64,000 nt of DNA. Origin: Candidatus Latescibacterota bacterium (GTDB lineage Bacteria > Latescibacterota > UBA2968). Location of the stretch: NCBI GenBank assembly GCA_965204745.1, contig OZ242010.1:4192001-4256000 (forward strand), given 5' to 3'. Below are positions 19,633 through 29,338 of this stretch, one piece after another. Numbering within the stretch: position 1 is the stretch's first letter; each line of letters starts with the position of its first letter. The translations under genes and the position numbers were made by a program. The notes beneath the pieces are model-generated. The model worked only from the letters and a program-made list of their open reading frames with translations, was not told the origin of the DNA and did no database searches.

Positions 19633-20718
19633 ATGACAAAATTCGGAATGGTGTTTTTGATGCTCGCAACACTCCTCGTTTCATGTTCTGATTCTGAAAA
19701 GATTGAAACAGAACAGTCGGTTGCGTCCGATTCAGCAAAGGTTGATTCAGACGCATTGGCGTGTGTGAACAAAGGTGGCAAGTGGGGGTTTATCAATAAG
19801 GTCGGTGAGATCGTTATCAATCCGCAATTTGGCTCTGCGGGAGATTTTTCAGAAGGGTTGGCGGTGGTGAGAATCGGTGGCAAGTTTGGGTATATCAATA
19901 AGGCCGGCGAGATCGTTATCAATCCGCAATTTGACGGTCAACCGGGGCCTTTTTCAGAAGGATTGGCACCTGTGGTAATCGGTGGCAAGGTGGGGTATAT
20001 CAATAAGGCCGGCGAGATCGTTATCAATCCGCAATTTTACTCTGCGTGGTCTTTTTCAGAAGGGTTGGCGGTGGTGAGAATCGGTGGCAAGGAGGGCAAG
20101 TGGGGGTATATCAATAAGGCCGGCAAGATCGTTATCAATCCGCAATTTGACTGGGCGGAGCCTCTTTCAGAAGGGTTGGCACTAGTGGAAATCGGTGACA
20201 AGTGGGGGTATATCAATAGGACCGGCGAGATCGTTATCAATCCGCAATTTGACTTTGCGGGGTATTTTTTAGAAGGGTTGGCGGGTGTGAGAATCGGTGG
20301 CAAGCCTAATGATATTGGATTGCTCGTCGGTCGCAAGTATGGATATATCAATAAGGCCGGCGAGTTTGTTATCAAACCGCAATTTGACGATGCCGAGGAT
20401 TTTTCAGAAGGGTTGGCGGTGGTGAATATCGGTGACAAGTATGGATATATCAATAAGGCCGGTGAGTACGTTATCAATCCGCAATTTGACGATGCCGAGG
20501 ATTTTTCAGAAGGGTTGGCGGTGGTGAATATCGGTGACAAGTATGGATATATCAATAAGGCCGGTGAGTACGTTATCAATCCGCAATTTGACGATGCCGA
20601 GGATTTTTCAGAAGGGTTGGCACTGGTGAACATCGGTGGCAAGTATGGGTTTATCAACCGGGCCGGTGAGTTCGTTATCAAACCGCAATTTGACGATGCC
20701 AAGGATTTTTCCAAATGA
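19633..20718 (+). CDS. WG-repeat (KWG-like) lipoprotein
   Basis: Lipobox-like LVSC; repeated K(W/Y)GYINKAGEIVINPQFD.A..FSEGLA units. Confidence 0.9.
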   Translation: MTKFGMVFLMLATLLVSCSDSEKIETEQSVASDSAKVDSDALACVNKGGKWGFINKVGEIVINPQFGSAGDFSEGLAVVRIGGKFGYINKAGEIVINPQFDGQPGPFSEGLAPVVIGGKVGYINKAGEIVINPQFYSAWSFSEGLAVVRIGGKEGKWGYINKAGKIVINPQFDWAEPLSEGLALVEIGDKWGYINRTGEIVINPQFDFAGYFLEGLAGVRIGGKPNDIGLLVGRKYGYINKAGEFVIKPQFDDAEDFSEGLAVVNIGDKYGYINKAGEYVINPQFDDAEDFSEGLAVVNIGDKYGYINKAGEYVINPQFDDAEDFSEGLALVNIGGKYGFINRAGEFVIKPQFDDAKDFSK

Positions 20719-20787
20719 TCGCGGGTTTCTGGGCGGCGCCTCTTTCAAAGTCGCCCCATTTTTTTTGTAGCCCGGGGGATAGGTCCC

Positions 20788-22371
20788 ATGAACGACGCAC
20801 AACAACCCATCAATGCCCTGCCCCAAGGGTATCGGCTCCAGGAATATGAACTGGTGCGCGTGCTCGGTTTTGGGGGATTCGGCATGACGTATTTGGGTTT
20901 TGACCACAACTTGGACAAAGCCGTGGCGATCAAGGAATATCTGCCTTCGGATATCGCCATCCGCACAAGCAATAACAGCGTCGTGCCGCAGGCGAGCGAG
21001 TTTCAAGGCGACTTTGAGTGGGGCCTGGAACGCTTTTTGGACGAAGCGCGTACCTTAGCCCGATTTGACCATCGCCATCTCGTCAAGGTGCATCGCTTTT
21101 TTGAAATGCACAACACGGCGTATATCGTGATGGAATACGCCGAGGGCGAGACTTTGTCCGAGTATCTCAACCGCAAAGGGGTGCTAACCGAATCAGAACT
21201 CAAGGCGATTCTGCATCCGATTCTCAAGGGCTTGGCGGCGGTGCATCGTGCAGATTTTCTGCATCGGGACATCAAACCTGGCAACATCGTCATTCGCGCC
21301 GAGGATCGCTCGCCTGTGTTGATCGACTTTGGCGCGGCGCGGCAAGCGGTGGGTGCAAAGAGCCGTTCTGTGACCTCCATTGTGACTCCGGGCTACGCGC
21401 CTATCGAACAATATGAAAGCCGGGGCAATCAAGGGCCTTGGACAGATATTTATGCGTTGGCGTGCGTGTGCTATCGCGCCTTGACCGACGATGTGCCGAT
21501 TCCGGCAATGGATAGGGTGCGCCGCGATCCGCTGATTCCGGTTTCGGATCGGTGCAAGGGCCGTGCGAGCCACCAATTTCTCGCCGCCATCGATCACGCG
21601 CTACAAGTAGATGAGACTGCCCGTCCGCAAACAGTATCCGAATGGCGCGCCGAGCTGGGCGACACGCCTGTTGATGTTCCGCCGCCGGTTCCGGCTCCGC
21701 AAATCTCGTCACCGTACGTTGTTGAGCATCCTGAGCCTGCACACGCTCAAGAACCGGTTAAGGAATACAAGGGATTTAGCCGCGTGATGTGGATCGCCTT
21801 GGGCGTGCTTATGCTCGTGTTTATGGTCCTTGAAATTTCTGATTATGTTGAGGAACAACGCAAAGCAGAGATTGCACGCCAAGAGGAAATTGCGCGCCAA
21901 GAAGAATTAGCACGTAGGAGGGCAGAGGAAGCAAGAAAGGCGGAAGAAGCAAGAAGGGCAGAGGAAGCAAGAAGGGCGGAGGAAGCAAGAAGGGCAGAGG
22001 AAGCAAGAAGGGCGGAGGAAGCAAGAAAGGCAGAGGAAGCAAGAAAGGTTGAAATTCCCGATGCCAACCTTCGTGCTGTGATTGAGTACGAGTTGTACAA
22101 GGCACGCGGTGCGCCGATCACACGGGCGGACATGACGCACCTGACGCGGATAGAAGCGTCAGATGCGCGCATTAATGATTTGACAGGGCTTGAGTTTGCA
22201 ACCGGGCTGACAGGCTTAAGCCTTCCCTTCACCCAGATATCGGATATCGCCGCGCTATCGGGATTAACCAACCTGATATCGTTAGACCTTTACGACAACC
22301 CGTTGAGTGCCACATCAATCAACACGCACATTCCGGCCCTTCGGGCCAGAGGGGTTTCGGTGGATTTTTAG
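20788..22371 (+). CDS. Hanks-type Ser/Thr kinase with TM helix, charged helical stalk and C-terminal LRR
   Basis: Motifs LGFGGFG.TY, AIKE, HRDIKPGN, DFG, TPGYAPIEQ; TM; (AEEAR[R/K]) repeats; IPDANLR and LTGLEFATGLTGLSL LRRs. Confidence 0.9.
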   Translation: MNDAQQPINALPQGYRLQEYELVRVLGFGGFGMTYLGFDHNLDKAVAIKEYLPSDIAIRTSNNSVVPQASEFQGDFEWGLERFLDEARTLARFDHRHLVKVHRFFEMHNTAYIVMEYAEGETLSEYLNRKGVLTESELKAILHPILKGLAAVHRADFLHRDIKPGNIVIRAEDRSPVLIDFGAARQAVGAKSRSVTSIVTPGYAPIEQYESRGNQGPWTDIYALACVCYRALTDDVPIPAMDRVRRDPLIPVSDRCKGRASHQFLAAIDHALQVDETARPQTVSEWRAELGDTPVDVPPPVPAPQISSPYVVEHPEPAHAQEPVKEYKGFSRVMWIALGVLMLVFMVLEISDYVEEQRKAEIARQEEIARQEELARRRAEEARKAEEARRAEEARRAEEARRAEEARRAEEARKAEEARKVEIPDANLRAVIEYELYKARGAPITRADMTHLTRIEASDARINDLTGLEFATGLTGLSLPFTQISDIAALSGLTNLISLDLYDNPLSATSINTHIPALRARGVSVDF

Positions 22372-22473
22372 TTCAGTGGACAAGGCTTGAACGTTTTGGC
22401 GGTTGTAAGGCTTGTGGGGCGTGCCTACGGTTCGCCCCAACTTCACAAGGAGATGGTTAGCTAAAAAAATACA

Positions 22474-24915
22474 ATGAATTTCGATCACTTCATCACACAG
22501 GTTCGCCGAGACTACGGATATGCGGGGCAGGTCGTGCATGTGGAAACCCTGCCCGCGCAAGACGCGCTGTTTGCCGATGATGACTGCGCGCTGCATCCGG
22601 CGATTGCCGATGCGTTGACGCAACAGGGCATTGATCGGCTCTATACGCATCAGGCCGAGGCCATGTCCGCACTGCGGCGCGGGGAACACATTGTGGTGGT
22701 GACGGCGACGGCGAGTGGCAAGACCTTGTGTTATCAGATTCCGACATTGGAAGCCCTGTTGGACGATCCGCACGGCACCGCGCTATATCTCTTTCCGACC
22801 AAAGCACTGGCGCAGGATCAAGCGCGGGGCCTGGCGCGGTTCGGCGACTTGAACGCGCAGTTGAAGTTTGCGATGGGGACTTATGACGGGGACACGCCGT
22901 CCAATCTCCGCAAGACATTGCGCGAGGAAGGGCGGGTGATTTTGAGCAATCCGGATATGGTCCACGGCGGGGTGTTGCCCAATCATCCACGGTGGGCGCG
23001 CTTTTTTCAGCACTTGCGCCTCGTGGTCTTGGATGAAATCCACACGTATCGCGGGGTGTTTGGCTCGCATGTCGCCAATGTGTTGCGCCGCCTGATGCGA
23101 ATTTGCGCGCACTACGGCGCGCATCCGCAAGTCGCGTGTTGCTCCGCGACCATCGCCAATCCCAAAGCACACGCCGAGGCATTGACCGGCAGGCCGATGT
23201 CCCTGATCGACCGGGATGGATCGCCGCGGGGCAAACGGCAATTCGTGTTCTGGAACCCGCCTTTTTTGCAGGGGTCGACGAGTGACCGGCGCAGTTCAAA
23301 TACCGAGGCGCGGTGGTTGCTCGCCAAACTCATCCACAACCGGGTGCAGACCATTGCGTTTGTGCGGGCGCGCACGGCTGCCGAGGTGCTCTACCGCTAT
23401 GCCCAAGAGGATTTGTCCCGCGTGAACCCGGTGTTGGCCGGCGCGATTCGGGCGTACCGCGGCGGGTACTTGCCGTCTGAACGCCGGGAAATCGAGCAAC
23501 TGTTGTTCGAAGGCGCGCTGTTGGGCGTGGTCAGTACCAATGCGTTGGAGTTGGGCATCGACATCGGCAGCCTAAATGCGGCGTTGATCGTGGGGTACCC
23601 GGGCAGTGTGTCCAGCATGTGGCAACAAGCGGGGCGCGCGGGCCGCTTGTCCGAGACGGCACTGGTGGTTTTCGTGGCGCACAACGCGCCTATCGACCAA
23701 TTTTTGATGCGCGACCCGGCCTATTTTTTTCGACAATCACCCGAACACGCGACTATCGATCCCGACAATCCGCATCTCGTCGTTGGGCATCTGCGCTGCG
23801 CGCTACGCGAGTTGCCCATCCGCGGCGAAGAGGGCGAGGTGATGGGCGAGTTCACGGGCGCGCTGTTGGAGATTTTGTCGGACGAGGGCATGGCGCGGCA
23901 GATCGACGGGCAGTGGTTTTACAGCCGCGGCGGGTACCCTGCCGCAGAGATGGACTTACGCAACATCGGCGAGCCGACCTATGCGATTGTGGCAGACGCC
24001 GCCGAAGGCCCGCAGGTGATCGGGGCCTTGGACGAAATCAGCGCGTTTTTTCAGGTGCATACGCACGCGGTTTATTTGCACAACGGGCAGACGTATTTCG
24101 TGGATCACCTCGACACAGCGCGCAAAATCGCCCGGGTAACTCAAAAGGCGTTGGACTATTACACGCAGGCGGTTGACGAGACGCGCATTGCCGTCAATGA
24201 CGCGGAGGTGTCGGGCGCGTGGCGCGTGAGCGAGGTGTGTTTTGGCGAGGTGTCCGTGTCGTCTTTGGTGACGATGTTCAAGAAGGTGAGGTTCGAGGAC
24301 CGCGACAGCATTGGGTGGGAAAATATCGACCTGCCCGAGCGCACACTCGATACCGCGGCCTGCTGGGTCGTGCCCCCGCAAGCAGGGCTGAATCAGTGCC
24401 GGCAGTACGGGCGCGTGCCATCCGAGGGCCTAAAGGGCATCGCCAATGTGATGGGCGAGGTATTGCCCCTGTTTGCGATGTGCGACGCGATAGATATCGG
24501 CACGACGGTCGAGAGTTCCAACACGGGCCGGCCCACGGCCTTTGTGTACGACCGGTACCCGGGGGGGATCGGGTTTGCCGAAAAGGCCCATGAGATGATC
24601 GAAGACGTGATGACGGCGTGTTGGATGGTGGTGTCCGAGTGCGAGTGCGACGAGGGATGTCCCTCGTGCGTGGGCGCGCCCTTGCCCCCCGGCGGCGATG
24701 GCAATACCCGAGGGGCCATTCCAGACAAAGAGGCCGCGCTCGTTTTGCTACACGCGATGTTGGAAAAAGAGCCTTATGTGCCGCGCCAGCCGCGCCGCGC
24801 GTTTTCCCGTGCAGGGGATGGCACCGAGCGGGTTCATGCGGCGATACCGGTGCGGCCCTTGGCGGCAAATGTCGAGGCGAAAATTCGGAAAAAAGTAAAG
24901 GGGTTTCGGCGATGA
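22474..24915 (+). CDS. DEAH-box helicase with DUF1998 Zn domain (Hrq1/SftH/MrfA-like)
   Basis: Motifs TASGKT, FPTKALAQDQ, DEIH, SATI.NP, TNALELGIDIG, QQAGRAGR, CEC..GCPSC. Confidence 0.9.
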   Translation: MNFDHFITQVRRDYGYAGQVVHVETLPAQDALFADDDCALHPAIADALTQQGIDRLYTHQAEAMSALRRGEHIVVVTATASGKTLCYQIPTLEALLDDPHGTALYLFPTKALAQDQARGLARFGDLNAQLKFAMGTYDGDTPSNLRKTLREEGRVILSNPDMVHGGVLPNHPRWARFFQHLRLVVLDEIHTYRGVFGSHVANVLRRLMRICAHYGAHPQVACCSATIANPKAHAEALTGRPMSLIDRDGSPRGKRQFVFWNPPFLQGSTSDRRSSNTEARWLLAKLIHNRVQTIAFVRARTAAEVLYRYAQEDLSRVNPVLAGAIRAYRGGYLPSERREIEQLLFEGALLGVVSTNALELGIDIGSLNAALIVGYPGSVSSMWQQAGRAGRLSETALVVFVAHNAPIDQFLMRDPAYFFRQSPEHATIDPDNPHLVVGHLRCALRELPIRGEEGEVMGEFTGALLEILSDEGMARQIDGQWFYSRGGYPAAEMDLRNIGEPTYAIVADAAEGPQVIGALDEISAFFQVHTHAVYLHNGQTYFVDHLDTARKIARVTQKALDYYTQAVDETRIAVNDAEVSGAWRVSEVCFGEVSVSSLVTMFKKVRFEDRDSIGWENIDLPERTLDTAACWVVPPQAGLNQCRQYGRVPSEGLKGIANVMGEVLPLFAMCDAIDIGTTVESSNTGRPTAFVYDRYPGGIGFAEKAHEMIEDVMTACWMVVSECECDEGCPSCVGAPLPPGGDGNTRGAIPDKEAALVLLHAMLEKEPYVPRQPRRAFSRAGDGTERVHAAIPVRPLAANVEAKIRKKVKGFRR

Positions 24916-25964
24916 CCATGGATGATCGGTTGAAGAATTACTTGGAAACCTGGGTGCCCCGCATCGACGCGGAGATGTATCGGTTTTTGCCGATGAATAA
25001 AGAGCCGGTGGATTTTTTGTACGCGCCCATGCGCGATTATCCGCAGCGAGGGGGCAAGCGGTTTCGGTCCGCATTGGTGCTGTTGGGCATTGGCGCGTTT
25101 GGCGGGGATCCGACGGTGGGATTGCGAACCGCGGCGGCGTTTGAGTTGTTCCAGTCCTTCGCACTCGTTCACGACGATATCGAGGATGCGTCTTTGATGC
25201 GGCGCGGCAAGCCGTGTTTGCACCTGATGCACGGGATTCCCCTGAGCATCAACGTAGGAGACGCGCTGTACGCCAAGGTGTTTGAAATTTTGCAGGCCAA
25301 CCGCGAGGTTTTGGGCGATGCAATCACGCTCGATTTGTTGCGCGAGATGATTGTGGGCGCGCAACAAACTTTTGAGGGGCAGGCGTTGGATATCGGGTGG
25401 ATCGACGCGGAAGTGATTCCGAATGTACACGAGTTTATCGAAATGTTGCGGCGCAAGACCGGGTGGTACAGCGGGCGCGGGCCGTGTACGATGGGCGCGA
25501 TGATCGCGGGCGCGGATGGGGCGATGAAGCGGGTGATCGGCGATTTTGGCGAGGCCATTGCGGTCGCGTTTCAAATCCGCGATGATTTGCTCAATCTCTT
25601 GGTCGAAGACGCGGACGAGGCGATGGCCCCTGCGATCACGTCCGGCGGCTATGGCAAGGAGCGCGGCGGCGATATCGCCGAGGGCAAGCGCACGTTGATG
25701 GTGATCGATTTGCTCAACCGATGTACGCCCGAGGAGAATCGCGAGGTGCGCGATATTTTGGATCGAGATCGGGAAGCGACTTCGCAAGACGAGGTGGAGT
25801 GGGTGATCGAGTTGATGGCGGGGTACGGTGCGATAGAAAAGGCGCAACGAGTTTGCCACGCCCGCGCCGAATCCGCCGAGGCGCGCCTCGCGCATTTGCC
25901 ACCTTCGGAATCGCGCGAGGTGCTCAGGGACATGTGTTCGTTTTTGGTGGAACGCGCGTTTTAG
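24912..25964 (+). CDS. Polyprenyl diphosphate (GGPP-type) synthase
   Basis: Motifs GGKRFR, LVHDDIED...RRG, GQALD, KT, FQIRDD, DIAEGK; ATGA overlap with the helicase gene. Confidence 0.9.
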   Translation: MTMDDRLKNYLETWVPRIDAEMYRFLPMNKEPVDFLYAPMRDYPQRGGKRFRSALVLLGIGAFGGDPTVGLRTAAAFELFQSFALVHDDIEDASLMRRGKPCLHLMHGIPLSINVGDALYAKVFEILQANREVLGDAITLDLLREMIVGAQQTFEGQALDIGWIDAEVIPNVHEFIEMLRRKTGWYSGRGPCTMGAMIAGADGAMKRVIGDFGEAIAVAFQIRDDLLNLLVEDADEAMAPAITSGGYGKERGGDIAEGKRTLMVIDLLNRCTPEENREVRDILDRDREATSQDEVEWVIELMAGYGAIEKAQRVCHARAESAEARLAHLPPSESREVLRDMCSFLVERAF

Positions 25965-26025
25965 GTTGCCTTCTTCCTGATGTGGTCAGTCCCTGCCAGT
26001 CACCCCAAAATCGAGATGTGAGACC

Positions 26026-26052
26026 GTAGGGGCGGTGCCCCTGTGCCCGCCC
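26026..26052 (+). repeat. GTAG-type REP-like hairpin; copies at 36537-36563 (+) and 50181-50207 (-)
   Basis: GTAG-GGGCG..CCCTGTG..CGCCC imperfect palindrome present three times. Confidence 0.7.
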
Positions 26053-26070
26053 GTTTGATGATTTACTGAA

Positions 26071-26404
26071 AATGCGAATAAAGCGTTGAATCCATTTATT
26101 GGGACCTACCCCCCTGGCCCCCCTTCCTCACAGGAAGGGGGGAATGGCGAGAGGTTGTGCGAGGGGTTTGGGTTTCCAGGGCGTGATCTATTCGTTCAAA
26201 GCCATCAGAACAGCCAGGGAGACAAACCTTCAAAAAGCCATGCGCTCCCCCTTTCCTTGTAGGAAAGGGGGCCGGGGGGATAGGTCCTACGAGGAAGGGG
26301 AAGAACATCTCTCGTTGCAGAGAGGAGCCGGATGACTCGTCCATGTCTTTGGGCGATTGGTCTCGGCTTGCTTCCTACTCGCTTTCTACTCTTAATTCGC
26401 ATTG
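26071..26404 (+). mobile_element. MITE-like element, family A copy 3
   Basis: Termini AATGCGAATAAAG..CTTAATTCGCATTG; right end abuts the fsa RBS. Confidence 0.7.
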
Positions 26405-26417
26405 AAAGGAGACATCC

Positions 26418-27077
26418 ATGAAGTTTTTTATCGACACGGCCAGTTTAGACGCGATCCGCGAGGCGCAAGCCATGGGCGTGCTGGATGGCGTGACGACAAA
26501 TCCGTCGTTGATGGCGCAGGAAAAGGGGGAATTTGAGGATATTATCCGCGCGATTTGCGCGATTGTCGATGGCCCGGTCAGCGCGGAGGTGGTGAGCACG
26601 GACACCGAGGGCATGATCGCCGAGGCGCGCCGCAATGCAGCGATTCACGAGCAGGTGGTGGTGAAAATTCCGATTACGCCGGATGGGCTCAAAGCGATCA
26701 AGGCGTGTTCGGACGAGGGGATTCGCGTGAATGTGACCCTGTGTTTTTCCGCAACCCAAGCCCTGATGGCGGCCAAGGCCGGGGCGACTTATATCAGCCC
26801 ATTCATCGGGCGGTTGGACGATTTGGGGCAAGATGGCATGGAATTGATTCGCACCGTGCGCCAGATGTACGACAATTACGGATTCGCCACGCAAGTGCTC
26901 GCCGCGAGTTTGCGCTCGCCCAAACACGTCGTGGAATGCGCCCTCGCCGGCGCGGATGTGGCGACGCTCCCGCCCGACGTGTTGGGCAAGTTGCTCGCGC
27001 ATCCCCTAACCGACATCGGCTTGGAACGCTTCCTCAACGACTGGCACGCATGGCAAGCCGCGAAATCCGGGAGATAG
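26418..27077 (+). CDS. fsa: Fructose-6-phosphate aldolase / short transaldolase
   Basis: Motifs MKFFIDTA, GVTTNPSL, VVKIP, NVTLCFS, YISPFIGRLDD, LAASLR. Confidence 0.92.
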   Translation: MKFFIDTASLDAIREAQAMGVLDGVTTNPSLMAQEKGEFEDIIRAICAIVDGPVSAEVVSTDTEGMIAEARRNAAIHEQVVVKIPITPDGLKAIKACSDEGIRVNVTLCFSATQALMAAKAGATYISPFIGRLDDLGQDGMELIRTVRQMYDNYGFATQVLAASLRSPKHVVECALAGADVATLPPDVLGKLLAHPLTDIGLERFLNDWHAWQAAKSGR

Positions 27078-27328
27078 GCTATGACGCGGTACGAAACAAA
27101 GACTCAGAGAAACTGGGAGAGAAAGCAACAAGCATTCAAGGCAACACTGCGGCGTTGCAATGCCGTTGCACGCGAAGAATACCCCTGTGCTCAAATCTTC
27201 GTCAGTTCATTGGCCTCATCTTCTAATGCGTCTCGATAGTGCGAACGGGTTGACATTGGCCCCAAACCGCTCGTTGCGTGCGGCGTAGAGCCTATCGCGT
27301 GTCCTGTGGGGTTCGAGTTAAACGCCTG

Positions 27329-27508
27329 TTAAGGGACGGATACTGCACGTATTTTCGGCTTTTTTGCCAACTCGTTACGCAATGCACGAGACTGGTGCCG
27401 GTAGAACGCCAACCGCTCTTTTATCGTTCTGTCCTTGAGTTGCTCATGGTGTTCATCTCGAATACGGCGCACCATCTCAACCGCATCAAACGTTTTTTTC
27501 GCGCCCAT
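27329..27508 (-). CDS. Small 59-aa protein, probable antitoxin partner of the PIN gene (not in the ORF track)
   Basis: Manual translation MGAKKTFDAVEMVRRIRDEHHEQLKDRTIKERLAFYR...; overlaps the 3' end of the PIN gene. Confidence 0.65.
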   Translation of the reverse strand: MGAKKTFDAVEMVRRIRDEHHEQLKDRTIKERLAFYRHQSRALRNELAKKPKIRAVSVP

Positions 27509-27962
27509 AGTTGGTCACCTCGCGCGGAGAGTAAATCTGTAACGGTTTATAGCCAAGTTCCATGTTCACGGCGGTGAACATGCGTATCTTATCGAAGTGT
27601 ACAATGTGTTTGAAGTTCCAGCTAACCAATACATCTACTTCTGCGACCGAAGCCAAGGCGATATGCAACGCATCATCGAAAAAGTTGGTCGTCAGAATCC
27701 GCCTCTTTAGGTAGGTTTCAGCAAGTTGCACAGCTTCCACTGTGACGTTGAGAAATTCAGGATTCAGAGTCAAAAGTTTCGAGTAGATATCTCTAACAGG
27801 CTCAGGAGCATCTCGGATCTCTGCGTCAACGACTTCAGATACAACCGGCCTGAAGTTGCCCAAACGGAAATCCTTCATCAGCCCGTTTGACCAAGGGGCG
27901 AACTCATCGTCATGGGAGCCGCCAATGACAGAAGTATCAATATATACGCGCTGTAATTTCAT
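27486..27962 (-). CDS. PIN-domain (VapC-like) ribonuclease
   Basis: Motifs VYIDTSVIG, DDALHIA, LVSWNFKHIV, I.SPREV. Confidence 0.88.
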   Translation of the reverse strand: MKLQRVYIDTSVIGGSHDDEFAPWSNGLMKDFRLGNFRPVVSEVVDAEIRDAPEPVRDIYSKLLTLNPEFLNVTVEAVQLAETYLKRRILTTNFFDDALHIALASVAEVDVLVSWNFKHIVHFDKIRMFTAVNMELGYKPLQIYSPREVTNYGREKNV

Positions 27963-28028
27963 GTAGGCTCAATGTATGGCATCGGTGAGTTTCTGCCAAA
28001 GGCAACCGCGGAATGCAAATTAAAAGTG

Positions 28029-28913
28029 TTAGGGCATCAGGAGAAGAATCATGCGAATAAGAGCAAAAAGCCGATGAAAGAGATAATCGACATGCTCACT
28101 TTTGGCGAGTGGTTCTTGATCCGTTTCAGAATGGCGTATTTGGAAGCGATTGCCGATCTTCGTCAGTTCTTTGGCCTCCCTCTCCAATGATTCTCGGAAT
28201 TTGGGAGAGGATGGGCCGGCCGTGCGATCAAGGCGAGACGTGATCTGCGCCTTCTTGTCCGATCCGTCGCCCAGCGTCTTTAGCCGCTCCCACGCATCCC
28301 ATAGAGACTCTAAGGCTTCACGGCGTATTGCCTCGTCGGAGTCGGAAAATTTGCGCTTTGCCACATCCAACATACGATTAAGTTCAGCATCGCCCGTACT
28401 AAACTCAATCGAAGCAAGTTCCTCGCGTAGTACGGACGGCGCGAGTCGTTCGATTTCGCCTTGCCATGTGAGTTCGTAGGCGAGGCCGTTACGGCGAAAT
28501 ATCCGATTGATGTCATCTCGAAATTCGGCCTGACCGGCTTCGATATCGAAGTCCAGATGATCGTGCTTAAAAAATTCGTGATACCCGTTGCGGATGGACT
28601 TGCCAATACACCGCCAGCAGAACTCAATCATGTCGAGGATATCCAGGGTTCGCGGTGGCTTTTTATCCTCCCAAGGGTCATCCTCCTTTTCTTGCAAATT
28701 CGGGATATCGGCTTCCATAGCCAGTCTAAAGGCCCTTTTATCGGTACCGATAATTGCTCCACCATCCTCGCAAAGAATTGGATATTTTGCACCGAATGAA
28801 CCGTCATCAATCCGGGCCTGGATAAGAACCTCGATACCCTTCCATACGGGGTTGCTGATTTCTTCGTTTTCTCGGGGAGTTTCTCCTTCTTCTCGCTCAC
28901 TGAAATACATCAT
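28029..28913 (-). CDS. AbiJ-N-terminal-like domain plus HEPN-like C-terminal domain protein
   Basis: YFSER start; ILD.IEF and INRIF.RNGLAYEL segments; C-terminal LWDAWERLKT..IGNRFQIRH (Rx4H). Confidence 0.65.
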   Translation of the reverse strand: MMYFSEREEGETPRENEEISNPVWKGIEVLIQARIDDGSFGAKYPILCEDGGAIIGTDKRAFRLAMEADIPNLQEKEDDPWEDKKPPRTLDILDMIEFCWRCIGKSIRNGYHEFFKHDHLDFDIEAGQAEFRDDINRIFRRNGLAYELTWQGEIERLAPSVLREELASIEFSTGDAELNRMLDVAKRKFSDSDEAIRREALESLWDAWERLKTLGDGSDKKAQITSRLDRTAGPSSPKFRESLEREAKELTKIGNRFQIRHSETDQEPLAKSEHVDYLFHRLFALIRMILLLMP

Positions 28914-29338
28914 GAGATTATCCTCCTTGGTTTATGTCGCGTTTTTTTAGCGATTTTTGCGACAATACTATGAACGGGTTAGACAGCGGTGCTGTTATGA
29001 TTCTTCCTGACCGAAGGCACTGCCGCACCCGCCGAGCGATTGGTCTGCGGGTGCGGTGCGGAACGAATACCGCATGTATTTCTGTCCGTGCAGGGAAAAG
29101 GACAATTTATTTTTTTTTGACATTTCGTTGTCAACCCCTTTTCGCGCCCGCGGCGTAGGGTGCGTTTCTGATCCGCGGGACTGGAGGGATAGGCGGTGAT
29201 GACGTGCCCATCTCGTATTACGACCTTGCATTTGTAATCAGATTTGAAATGCTATTTATCGACCTGCTCAAGAATCACCTTTTCCATTATAGCCGTAATG
29301 CCCTCACGCAGTTCAACATGCCTACGTAGGAGCCGTCC

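Noticed and set aside
19770-20715. CRISPR-like regularly spaced repeats
   Set aside because: These are in-frame WG protein repeats within an ORF.
27258-27336. Integron attC-like site after the PIN module (also CCCTAAC at the AbiJ-like gene stop)
   Set aside because: There are R-box-like ends, but arm complementarity is poor and no integrase is present. An IntegronFinder/attC covariance scan would decide.
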